DNA of 63,371 bases, filler included, from Octopus bimaculoides (lineage: Eukaryota), in the NCBI RefSeq assembly GCF_001194135.2. It is 3 parts of 3 records of this genome, joined end to end, with 100 filler letters (N's around TTAATTAATTAA, not from the genome) between each part and the next. Parts side by side here need not be neighbours in the genome. Positions count along the whole stretch, not along the records: positions 1 to 27,056 come from NC_069008.1; 2 more parts are not named here. One strand, 5' to 3'. The position numbers were made by a program, and so were the translations under genes. Positions 11,643-22,289 of the stretch are shown here, one piece after another. The notes under the pieces were generated by a model that saw only the letters and a program-made list of their open reading frames with translations, did not search any database and was not told where the DNA came from. Numbering within the stretch: position 1 is the stretch's first letter; every line of letters begins with the position of its first letter.

Positions 11643-12048
11643 AGGCGTAGGAGTGGCTGTGTGGTAAGTAGCTTGCTTACCAACCACATGGTCCCGGGTT
11701 CAGTCCCACTGCGCGGCATCTTGGGCAAGTGTCTTCTACTATAGCCTCGGGCCGACCAAAGCCTTGTGAGTGGATTTGGTAGACGGAAACTGAAAGAAGC
11801 CCGTCATATATATGTATATATATATATATGTGTGTGTGTATGTATGTGTGCGTTTGTCCCCCCACCATCTCTTGACAACCGATGCTGGTGTGTTTATGTC
11901 CCCGTAACTTAGCGGTTCGGCAAAAGAGACCAATAGAATAAGTACTAGGCTTCTAAAGAATAAGTCCTGGGGTCGATTTGCTCGACTAAAAGGCGGTGCT
12001 CCAGCATGGCCACAGTCAAAAGATTGAAACAATTAAAAGAGTAAGAGT
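11643..12048 (+). mobile_element. tRNA-derived SINE (family A), full length
   Basis: Inverse-oriented copy of 6759-7126, with A/B-box head and AAAAGAGTAAGAGT tail. Confidence 0.85.
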
Positions 12049-12704
12049 ATGGAACAAAAGTTTATTTACATCTTTATTTACAAGAAGTGGTTTAATGGCT
12101 ACATTGCAGTTGATGTTTTTCAATTAGGTTGCTAAGACTAATAATTACTGTTAATTACATAACAGATGTTAAATGATGATGATGAATAACAAATATACTT
12201 TAATTAAAAATAACAGATGATACATCAGGTGAAATAAAGTGCTTCTACTTAGATGAACATCTGTCTAAGTTTGATATTTCAACGGCAGCACCATCATAGA
12301 CTTTAGATGATCTTCTAAACCATGCATCAGTGGCGGATATCCTCCACAGAAACATCTCTGTGAACAATGAGACTTATGGCTCTGCATTCATTTCTAAGTA
12401 AGCTGTCATGTTCACAATCAATATGTCCAAAACGATACTATTCATGTACATGCGATAGGGTGCCAAAATGTTCTTGGCTTTAAGGGACTCACAAAAGACC
12501 TTGCTGGCAGCCCAACCTTCCAACTTCATTAACAGGGCTTAAAGATACTGAAGTCATGCTGCAATAAGTATATGAATCTGAAAAGGGAACATGTTGAATA
12601 AAATCATAATTAACTGATCCTCCTGTATTTTCTTTTACTCAAAGCCAGGAACTTTCCTCATATATTTTTATATTTAAGTATATAGGAGGTGCAGCAATAT
12701 CAAA

Positions 12705-13173
12705 GGAAGGCCAACTGGGAAGATAGTTTTTGTATGTGGCAGATGCTCAACAGTAATAAACACTGTGAATGTGCAGAAAACAACCTTTGCCACATTCCAG
12801 GGAGAAAAACTAGTAGTTGATAGCTTCCGTTACCTAGGTGACCAAGTTAGTATTGGGGGAGGGTGCGCTGAAAGTGTAGCTGCTAGAATAAGAATAGCCT
12901 GGGCAAAGTTCAGAGAGCTCTTACCTTTGCTGGTGACAAAGGGCCTCTCGCTCAGAGTAAAAGGCAGACTGTATGACGCATGTGTACGAACAGCCATGCT
13001 TCATGGCAGTGAAACATGGGCCTTGACTGCTGAGGACATGCGTAAGCTCGCAAGGAATGAAGCCAGTATGCTCCGATGGATGTGTATACTCGACAGAGTG
13101 TAGGTACCTTGAGAGAAAAGTTTGACCTAAGAAGCATCAGTTGTGGTGTGCAAGAGAGACATGTGGTGAGAAT
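12705..13173 (+). mobile_element. RTE-clade LINE reverse-transcriptase C-terminal fragment
   Basis: DSFRYLGDQVSIGGGCAESVAARIRIAWAKFRELLPLL...KGRLYDACVRTAMLHGSETW is a typical RTE RT/thumb sequence; runs into an N gap. Confidence 0.85.
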
Positions 13174-14000
13174 NNNNNNNNNNNNNNNNNNNNNNNNNNN
13201 NNNNNNNNNNNNNNNNNNNNNNNNNNNNNNNNNNNNNNNNNNNNNNNNNNNNNNNNNNNNNNNNNNNNNNNNNNNNNNNNNNNNNNNNNNNNNNNNNNNN
13301 NNNNNNNNNNNNNNNNNNNNNNNNNNNNNNNNNNNNNNNNNNNNNNNNNNNNNNNNNNNNNNNNNNNNNNNNNNNNNNNNNNNNNNNNNNNNNNNNNNNN
13401 NNNNNNNNNNNNNNNNNNNNNNNNNNNNNNNNNNNNNNNNNNNNNNNNNNNNNNNNNNNNNNNNNNNNNNNNNNNNNNNNNNNNNNNNNNNNNNNNNNNN
13501 NNNNNNNNNNNNNNNNNNNNNNNNNNNNNNNNNNNNNNNNNNNNNNNNNNNNNNNNNNNNNNNNNNNNNNNNNNNNNNNNNNNNNNNNNNNNNNNNNNNN
13601 NNNNNNNNNNNNNNNNNNNNNNNNNNNNNNNNNNNNNNNNNNNNNNNNNNNNNTGTTGTAAATGCCCAGCTTTTACATCAACTAAACCTGCTGTTCTTTG
13701 AGAAGCTTTAGAAAATATATGTAACCTTTTTAGTAACAAACTTTGGAAGCATCGAATATGATTGGTATTTTACAGACCAGAAAGTAAATTTCAAAAGCAG
13801 TAAAGCTGTGAAAACAGGAGAAAATTGGGTATTTACCCTTATAAGATGGAAAAAAATTTGGCAGCAGGAGGCTATGGGAGTTGAACCTATACCAATCAGA
13901 TGCTGGCTGGGTATTCTAAGATCATGTACCCACGTGCAAACATATTTTGGTGAATTTCAATACAAACACATGTACAATATTTATGAAATTTTGAAGAGCA

Positions 14001-14006
14001 TTTATT
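14001..14006 (-). terminator. Putative polyadenylation signal of ZNF-C
   Basis: AATAAA in the same context as 5004-5009. Confidence 0.5.
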
Positions 14007-14215
14007 GTAGAAAATAACAAAATGTAGAAGAATGAGTGAATCATTGACTACAAAATATTGATCATATTAAAAATAATCAATTCTGTGTTTGGGGAATTAT
14101 AAATTGTTCTCCAAAGAAAGGGGTTTATCATATCTTACATTTGAAAGGTTTCCCTCCAGAATAAATCCTTTCCTCATTCATTAATTCACAAGACTCAAAA
14201 AATTTCTCATATATT

Positions 14216-15583
14216 TCACAATGGAATAGTATGTCCTCCTGTGTGACGACGTTTGTGGTCAAGTAGACAAAATCTCTGAGTAAAAGATTTTCCACATATT
14301 TCACAGGGGAAAGGTCTTTCTAGAGTGTGTACTGTTTTGTGTGTTTTCAGGTCGCTACTTGGAGCAACAGAATTTCCATATATATCACATTGGAATGGTT
14401 TCTCCCCAGTGTGACTTCGTTGATGAACTACAACCTCAAATTTATACAGAAATGCTTTCCCACACATTTCACAGTGGAAGGGTTTTTCTCCTGTATGTAT
14501 TCTTTTATGTGTCCGTAAAGCATTACTAGCTGTAAAACATTTCCCACATATTTCACAGTGGAAGGGTTTTTCTCCTGTATGTGTTCTTTTATGTGTCTGT
14601 AAATAACTATTAGAGGTAAAACATTTACCACATATTTCACAGCTGAAGGGTTTTTCTCCTGTATGTGTTCTTTTGTGTCTCTTTACATCACTATCAGAGG
14701 TAAAACATTTCCAACATATTTCACAGTGGAAGAGTTTTTCTCCTTTATGTGTTCTTTCATGTCTCTTTGCATCAATATCAGCAGTAAAACATTTCCCACA
14801 TATTTCACAGTGGAAGGGTTTTTCTCCTGTATGTGTTCTTTTATGTGTCTGTAAATTACTATTAGAGGTAAAACATTTCCCACATATTTCACAGCTGAAG
14901 GGTTTTTCTCCTGTATGTGTTCTTTTGTGTCTCTTTACCTCACTACCAGAGGTAAAACATTTCCCACATATTTCACAGCTGAAGGGTTTTTCTCCTGTAT
15001 GTCTTCTTTTGTGTCTCTTTACATCTCTATCAGAGGTAAAACATTTCCAACATATTTCACAGTGGAAGGGTCTTTCTCCTGTATGTGTTCTTTTATGTGT
15101 CTGTAAATAACTATTAACGGTAAAACATTTCCCACATATTTCACAGCTGAATAGTTTTTCTCCTGTATGTGTTCTTTTATGCTTCTGTAAATTACTATTA
15201 GAGGTAAAACATTTCAGACATATTTCACAGTGGAAGGGTCTTTCTCCTGTATGTGTTCTTTTATGTGTCTGTAAATTACTATTAAAGGTAAAACATTCCC
15301 CACATATTTCACAGCGGAAAGGTTTTTCTCCTGTATGTATTCTTATATGTGTCTTTAAAGTAGCATTAGTGCTAAAACATTTGCAACATATTTCACAACG
15401 GAACCGTTTTTCTTCTTTGTGTATTTCTTTCTGCGAGAAGTCTTCATCTTCTGAAGAGAATGTCTTCCTATAAATCTCACAGCGATATTCAGGAATACTT
15501 TTGTCTTCAGCTTTCTCATCTCTGTCTGTCATTCTAACTGCATCTTCATTCTTAAAAGTGTCCGAATCATTAATGTTCTCCAT
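14216..15583 (-). CDS. C2H2 zinc-finger protein ZNF-C, 13 canonical plus 2 degenerate fingers
   Basis: Intact ORF; true start MENIND at 15583 lies 18 nt after the conserved acceptor (AG at 15603-15602); the central fingers are near-identical 84-bp repeats. Confidence 0.93.
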   Translation of the reverse strand: MENINDSDTFKNEDAVRMTDRDEKAEDKSIPEYRCEIYRKTFSSEDEDFSQKEIHKEEKRFRCEICCKCFSTNATLKTHIRIHTGEKPFRCEICGECFTFNSNLQTHKRTHTGERPFHCEICLKCFTSNSNLQKHKRTHTGEKLFSCEICGKCFTVNSYLQTHKRTHTGERPFHCEICWKCFTSDRDVKRHKRRHTGEKPFSCEICGKCFTSGSEVKRHKRTHTGEKPFSCEICGKCFTSNSNLQTHKRTHTGEKPFHCEICGKCFTADIDAKRHERTHKGEKLFHCEICWKCFTSDSDVKRHKRTHTGEKPFSCEICGKCFTSNSYLQTHKRTHTGEKPFHCEICGKCFTASNALRTHKRIHTGEKPFHCEMCGKAFLYKFEVVVHQRSHTGEKPFQCDIYGNSVAPSSDLKTHKTVHTLERPFPCEICGKSFTQRFCLLDHKRRHTGGHTIPL

Positions 15584-15698
15584 ATAAATTCTTGAGGAAT
15601 TCTTAAAAAGTGGGTAAATTGTCAGTTCCTTGTCTTTGATATCAAAGACCTGTTTATATGTATGGAGCAAATGTAATGAAGTTATATTTTCTACTCAC

Positions 15699-15797
15699 CA
15701 GTAGAATGTTTGATATAAAGTCCAAATGAAAAGTGAAGAAGTATGAGAAAAGTTCATTGATCGATTTGTTTATCCGTTAAAAGCCATTTCCCGCGTC
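15699..15797 (-). promoter_or_regulatory. 5' UTR exon of ZNF-C containing uORF MAFNG* (15787-15770)
   Basis: Acceptor TTTTACAG (15799-15798), donor GTGAGT (15698); paralogous to the ZNF-A, ZNF-B and ZNF-D exons. Confidence 0.7.
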
Positions 15798-16021
15798 CTG
15801 TAAAATAGGGAACACCAATGATCAAACGAAATATTTAATCACGAAAGTGTTGTAACACAGACCCTGAAACACGTAGCTTGCCCCGTCTTATAGACAAACA
15901 TTAACATTCACCTTGACACGAGATAATTACTACAAATAATATAATTAGATGCGCTCAACTAATTCGAAACAAGTACAATAGGCGGTGTCATGGATATTCT
16001 TTCCCTTCGTCTAAACGTTGT

Positions 16022-16049
16022 CGGTGACATATATTCAAAATCCCCAACA
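16022..16049 (-). promoter_or_regulatory. Conserved upstream block of ZNF-C
   Basis: TGTTGGGGATTTTGAATATATGTCACCG on the minus strand. Confidence 0.55.
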
Positions 16050-16109
16050 CATAATATGACAAACGTCCAATTATATAAATTTATGTTTTTAATTGTATGC
16101 AGCATAAGG

Positions 16110-16320
16110 CTGCGAGCTGGCAGGGACGTTACGACGCCGGGCGAAATGCTTTGCAGTATTTCGTCTGTCTTAACGATGTAAAGTTTACGTTCTGAGTTCA
16201 AATTCCGCTGATGTTGACTTTGCCTCTCATCCTTTCCGGGGTCGATAAATTAAGTAAAAGATCTAATCGATTGGCCCCCTCCCCCAAAATTTCGGGCCTT
16301 GTGCCTAGAGTAGAAAAGAA
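16110..16320 (+). mobile_element. tRNA-derived SINE (family B)
   Basis: GAGCTGGCAG...TTCTGAGTTCAAATTCCGC...GGGGTCGATAAATTAAGTA...CTAGAGTAGAAAAG. Confidence 0.8.
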
Positions 16321-16884
16321 TTGTATCCAGCATCACAGCATAATAATAATTACGTACACAGGAGCGAGCCTGTGCTTGGTCTTTCGATTTGGTAGAAATA
16401 ACAGCCAAATCTTCAAAAGATTCTGTTTTAAAGCAAGAGACATTCTACAGTGCTGTCTTACATGGAGTTTTGCATTAGGACGCCCGCATAAGATGAATTA
16501 ACTCCCTTTTTATGGCAATCTTTCCAATTTTTTCCTCACCGCGGCCTTCCAAATGATACGGAAAGCTTTATATAAAAAACATATTTGACAATTTATGATC
16601 TTTCTCAAATACCCCTATCGGATCTATTTTTTTCATTAGTAAAAATATGCAATTTTTTAAAGGATGTAAAAAAGCTGAAAATCAGCTATAATAATGCAGC
16701 CTTCCAATCTCGTTGCTTTGAAGGTGTGATATGGGGAGAAAAAAATTGGATAAGAGAATTACAGATGTTTAAGAATCGCAAAAAACTGGGTATTTTTAGT
16801 CAATAGAGAGACAGAAATTTTCTGCACTTAGCGGAGTGGTGTCAACTTTAAGATTGTACCCAGTAAAATTTATAGTTTAGCGTC

Positions 16885-18895
16885 TGTTACACGTTTATAT
16901 CTATGTGTATGCGTAGGTATACGTATATATGAATACATCCCCACTAGTAGTACTATTTTGTTAAGCACATCTACTAAGTAGTATGAACTGTGTCTGAGGC
17001 AGATACGCACAGTGTGTATCACTCCGCTATACATATACTGTTTGTGTAACATGCCAAGTAAATAAACATGTAGAATCATAGTAATGTCTTCAGTGAGTTG
17101 TTTATTATCCTAACACAAAGCAAAAGAATACATAACATGGTAGCAGCGATAAATACATAATCGATAACCGTGCCTTTACAATAAACCAGAAATTTAACAA
17201 ACTGAATATCGCTTCGTCTTCGGACACACACACACGAGGATCCGAAATGGTGGCCCCCGTCGCTGTACAGATGAAATGTCCTGCATTCGATACACACTGC
17301 AAAGCATGTGGAAAGTCCAACCACTGGGAAAAAATGTGTAGACTAACAAAATCTTACAAATACAAGCCCCAATTTTCAAAGAGGAACTTTAAGAGAAGTC
17401 AAAGAGATATAAATGTACATGAGATGGGAAATGACAACCAGAAAACAAAAAAATGAGGCGTATACAACAATACAAATTCAAAAGAAGTCAGGCAAGAAAC
17501 GAACATACATTGACTTGAAGCTAAAGATTGACACTGGAGCCCAAAGTGATATCTTACCTGTCAACCTCTACAAAAAGATGATACAAGAGGATAAGGTCAA
17601 AGAAGGAATCCTCACACTAAGTGATGTAATCCTCACTGCATTCGGAGGTCCCAGGATTCCACAACTGGGCAAAGCAACCATCACAGGGACACACAGACGA
17701 AAAATAATCAAGTGTTCTTTTTATGTCACAAAAACAGAAGGACCTGCAGTTCTTGGACTCGATACCCGTCAAAAACTTAATACTGTGTCAATCAACAGTG
17801 AAGTGAAAGCAGCTCCAAGCAGGATTGACAGAGATATGCCTATCAAAGACCTCACAAAATCACCAGCCAGACTACAAAGGCCGCAGTTGAGGCTCCAAAA
17901 ATACGACAACAATATCAGGTACAAACCAGCAAAGAACCTGATATTGGCAGATGCTCTTTCCAGACTGTCCTCACATGATAAACAGGAGATGGAAGGACTA
18001 AGTGTAAAGGTCCACCACATTGTAAATGTGACAAACACAAAGCTGGAACAAATAAAAGAAGAGACCAGCAAAGATGAAGAACTCCAGCTCCTTACTCAGA
18101 TGGTGATTCAGGAGTGGCCAGAGAAGAGACATCAGGTGCAACCCCTCATTCGTGAATATTGGGCCATCCATGATGGCATAGCAGTGGAGAAAGGAATCCT
18201 GATGGCTGGATCCCGAATAATTATGCCCAAATCAATGCAAAAAGAAATTCTTGAAAAGATCCACCAAGGGGCATCTGGGAATGGAAAAATGCAAACTCTG
18301 AGCCAAGTCAGCTGTGTATTGGGTAGGCATGTATAAAGAGATAGAGAAGATGGTTTCTGCATGTCACATCTGTCAAAAGTACAGGAACACACAGCAAAAA
18401 GAGGAAATGATATCCAGTGACATTCCAAGAAGGCCATGGCAAACTATTGGAGTAGATCTGTTCACAGAGAACCAAGAATGATACTTGATAATGGTCTGCT
18501 ACTACTCCAAATTTGTGAGAAAAGTGAAAGACCTGAGAGCCAAAACAATAACTACAGTGGCTCGAGGATTTGTAGCAGAGCAAGGAATACCAGAGCAGAT
18601 CATGTGAAAGTGGAACCCAGTTCACATCTCAGGAATTCAAAAAAAGCTAGCTGATGAGTATGGGTTCAACATTGTAACCTCATCTCCACACTACCCCAAA
18701 GGTCATGGATTCATAGAAAGACAGGTGCAAACAGACAAGAGAACATTAATCAAATGCCGAGAAACCAAGGAAGAGCCACACCTGGCATTTCTGTCCCTTC
18801 AAGCTGACATGAAGTCCCCAGCAGAAATGCTGAATGACAGGAAATTTAAAACCACCCTGCCAACTAAGATCCAACCTCCTATTGACCAGGAAGAG
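16885..18895 (+). mobile_element. Degenerate Ty3/gypsy LTR retrotransposon, RT/RNase H deleted, 3' truncated
   Basis: 5' LTR TGTTA...TAACA (16885-17137, contains AATAAA); PBS-like TGGTAGCAGCG (17138-17148, near-complementary to tRNAi-Met); gag CKACGKSNHWEKMC (17298-17339); protease IDTGA (about 17530); integrase HHCC and core (W..IGVDLF, YYSKF, SSPHYPKGHGFIER) with stops and frameshifts. Confidence 0.85.
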
Positions 18896-19233
18896 ACTGT
18901 AAAATGGTATGAAAGTTGTCGTAGTAGTCATAGAGACGTTTGTCTTTCTCTATCAGCTTTCAACAGCATGATGATTGAAGAGACATCAGAACAATTAACA
19001 ACATATTAAAAAGGTTTTATTTATGACTATGATGCTTGGTTTCACAATTCCTGTCATTTTGCTTAGCTGCTGCTGATTAATTTGTAGTTTGGTAATGGAA
19101 GGTTAAGGGCTTCCTTGATGCCTGCCAGAGAACAGTGTAAGAGTGCTTCGTGGAAGAGCTAGGTGTTGTCACGTAGGTCTGAGCTCAACTCACCGAGAAA
19201 TTGAAACTAATTGCTTAAGTACGAGTTTTACTA

Positions 19234-19310
19234 TGCATGCGCAACTCGAGGGGCTTCCGGTGGTGAAGTCCTCTGCGCATGCGCAGAATAGTACTACCTC
19301 AATGGCGGCT
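19234..19310 (+). promoter_or_regulatory. CpG-rich promoter-like motif cluster
   Basis: Perfect palindrome TCTGCGCATGCGCAGA (19272-19287, NRF1-type), second TGCATGCGCA (19234-19243), CTTCCGG (ETS-type) and ATGGCGGC (YY1-type, 19302-19309). Confidence 0.4.
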
Positions 19311-19352
19311 ATAATTTCACGCCACTGCAAGACAATGAAATATTAAGAAGTA

Positions 19353-19358
19353 TTTATT
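19353..19358 (-). terminator. Polyadenylation signal remnant of the ZNF pseudogene
   Basis: AATAAA within a 3' UTR (about 19340-19560) that is the reverse-complement homologue of the ZNF-A 3' UTR (about 4800-5020). Confidence 0.45.
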
Positions 19359-20283
19359 GTAGAAAACAAAATGCAGAAAAATGTGTGAATCATTGACAAC
19401 AAAATATTGAAAATATTAAAAGTAATCAATCTTTTATAATATTTGGGAAGTAATAAAAATAATTTACATTTTGTTTTGTTATTTTGGAATTTTCATTTAA
19501 ATCTTCATACACACATTAGCATCTTTAATCATGTACAATAATGCCTCAGTCGTTATTGACAGCTTAGTTATGCTAGTAATTACATAAGCCCAGAACAGGG
19601 AGTCTTTCCGAAGACTTGTGAGTAGATGGGACAGATAGAAACTGAAGGAAGCCCAGCGAACATTTGTGTGTTTCACTTTTAATAATAGCATGGTAATTGT
19701 GTCACTGGTATGCAAGAAGTGTCCTTCGTGAAAATATTACCAATCATGGGTTGGATGGTTTGACCAGGGTTGGTAAGCAGGAAGGCAGCATCAGACTCCA
19801 ATCAGATTTGGAAGGGTTTCTCTGACTGGATGCCCTTCCTAACACCAACCACTCTGGGAGTGTAATTATTTGGGAAGAGTGGCACCTTACCACAGAGATT
19901 GATGCAACAAATTCTATCTGACCCAGTCTACTGATGAATGTCTCGCATTTGTATTTTCCTCATCACGATTCATGAAATTGTGTCTCAGTCTGAAAATTAA
20001 CAGTGAACATATCTATCTCCGGATGGTATTTGTGGATTACAAGAAGAGAAGAGAGAATGGTTTCTAACATGTGTCACCATTTTATGTTGGGATTAGGAAA
20101 GGCATCCAGCCATAGAAACCAGGCCAAAACAAACAACTGGAGCCTGGTGCAGTTCTCCGGCTTGCCAGCTCCAGTCAAACCGTCCAACCCATGCCAGCTT
20201 GGAAAATGTAACATTAAATATTGGTGATGATTCACTGTCATAAAATGTTCTCCAAAGAAAAGGGTTTATCATATCTTATACCT

Positions 20284-20731
20284 AAAAGGTTTCTCTCCAG
20301 AATGAATCCTTTTCTCATTCATTAATTCACAAGACTCAAAAGATTCCTCACATGTTTCACAATGGGATGGTATTTCCTCCTATGTGACGACATTTGTGGT
20401 CAAGTAGACTACCACTCTGAGTAAAAGATTTTCCACATATTTTGCAGTGGAAAGGTCTTTCTCCAGTGTGTACTCTTTCCTGTGTTCTCAGGGTAATACT
20501 ACAAAAGAACTGCCACATATTTCACATTGGAATGGTTTTTCCCCAGTGTGACTTCGTGTATGAACTACAACCTCAAATTTATGAAGAAATGCTTTCCCAC
20601 ATATTACACAATTATTGTTTTTTTCCGGAGTGTAATTTTTGAGGCGTGCACGAGAAGATTGATCAGAGAATGATTTCCCATATATTTCACAGTGGAAGGG
20701 TTTTTCTCCTGAATGTATTCTTTTGTCTCTT
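20284..20731 (-). pseudogene. C2H2 zinc-finger pseudogene (3' portion), paralogue of ZNF-C and ZNF-B
   Basis: Finger remnants ([57 protein letters not shown]) with Cys loss, frameshifts and a premature stop; the 5' part is lost in an N gap. Confidence 0.8.
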
Positions 20732-20831
20732 NNNNNNNNNNNNNNNNNNNNNNNNNNNNNNNNNNNNNNNNNNNNNNNNNNNNNNNNNNNNNNNNNNNNN
20801 NNNNNNNNNNNNNNNNNNNNNNNNNNNNNNN

Positions 20832-21193
20832 GTATGTGTGGTGGTAATGATGTTGACTGGTGTGTGTTGTTTGAAAAGGTACGCTTTCTCAGACGGTCGA
20901 CAGACACAATTTCTGTACGAACATTAGCGTCGACCTTGAAGAAATTCAACCCAAGACTGCGGGTTGCGAGGCGTGTAAGGAACCCTTAAATTGCCTATGA
21001 AAACGCTCAACCATTCCATTAGAAGCGGGATAGTAGCTGTTGGTGCGTATCAGAAGAGAGAAATTGGATAGGGCGTCTATTTGAGAGGTACCGTTGGTGG
21101 CATTGCTGAAAAATGCTGTCGTGAATTCGGAGCTGCGAGCGAAAATGACCAAAAAAAATCCTGTGCAAATGAAGATAAGCCAGTAACTCTTCC
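20832..21193 (-). mobile_element. Ty3/gypsy integrase core fragment
   Basis: RTNSYYPASNGMVERFHRQFKGSL matches the integrase YHPxSNGxVERFHRxLK motif; bounded by N gaps on both sides. Confidence 0.75.
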
Positions 21194-21856
21194 NNNNNNN
21201 NNNNNNNNNNNNNNNNNNNNNNNNNNNNNNNNNNNNNNNNNNNNNNNNNNNNNNNNNNNNNNNNNNNNNNNNNNNNNNNNNNNNNNNNNNNNNNNNNNNN
21301 NNNNNNNNNNNNNNNNNNNNNNNNNNNNNNNNNNNNNNNNNNNNNNNNNNNNNNNNNNNNNNNNNNNNNNNNNNNNNNNNNNNNNNNNNNNNNNNNNNNN
21401 NNNNNNNNNNNNNNNNNNNNNNNNNNNNNNNNNNNNNNNNNNNNNNNNNNNNNNNNNNNNNNNNNNNNNNNNNNNNNNNNNNNNNNNNNNNNNNNNNNNN
21501 NNNNNNNNNNNNNNNNNNNNNNNNNNNNNNNNNNNNNNNNNNNNNNNNNNNNNNNNNNNNNNNNNNNNNNNNNNNNNNNNNNNNNNNNNNNNNNNNNNNN
21601 NNNNNNNNNNNNNNNNNNNNNGATACTTTTACTATGTTCTGGGGTTTTTCTCTCTCACACACACACTTGTGCACTCATATATTTTCTTTCCTTTCAGAAA
21701 CATTGCATGCATGTATCTCACAAGTGTACATTCATTTCTTTGATTTTTCTTTGTGTGTGTTTGTGCCATATCTTGTGGTTGGTTTCAGTGGCCATCTTGC
21801 CTCAGGCGTTCCTCCAATTTTCTATTTTCGTGCGTTCCGCACTAGCAGGGGAGCCC

Positions 21857-22121
21857 TGTAGTAACGCCTTGTCTCGTGCGCATGCGTAGTCATCAATATC
21901 CAAGTTTGGCGCCCTTATTCATTCTCTTTTCCCAGCCGGCCGGCCATGAGCATGGCCGTGTTAAGCTGTCTCTCCAGCATTCCAGCTCTGGGGACAGCTC
22001 ATTCCGACGTCTCAGCAACCATACCCTATTTACCTCCATAAATAAATATTGTTGTGTTGATAGTTCAGAGTTCTGCGTTTCGTTGTTTATTCCGAATTTA
22101 ATATAGGAAAGCAGGTGTACA
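21857..22121 (+). mobile_element. Possible LTR (3' LTR-like)
   Basis: Starts TGTAG just after a purine tract (AGCAGGGGAG), contains AATAAA and ends GTACA; no second copy to confirm. Confidence 0.35.
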
Positions 22122-22289
22122 CTTAATGGTGTATAACCACTTTCCTATAAAAGTGGTGACCCTCCGATGTTGATTCAAACACGCAGCCCAACGTGAAAAG
22201 TTCATATAACCAATTTCCTACAAGACTACACCACCGACTCGTCCATCCTCATTACTTTCTCGACTGACTAAACAAATTGTGTCTGATCC

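Noticed and set aside
14216-15670. Longer N-termini given by the ORF track (MLHTYKQ... for ZNF-C and ZNF-D; MTVFKN... for ZNF-A)
   Set aside because: They begin at non-ATG codons inside the conserved intron; the paralogue alignment places the start 18 nt after the acceptor.
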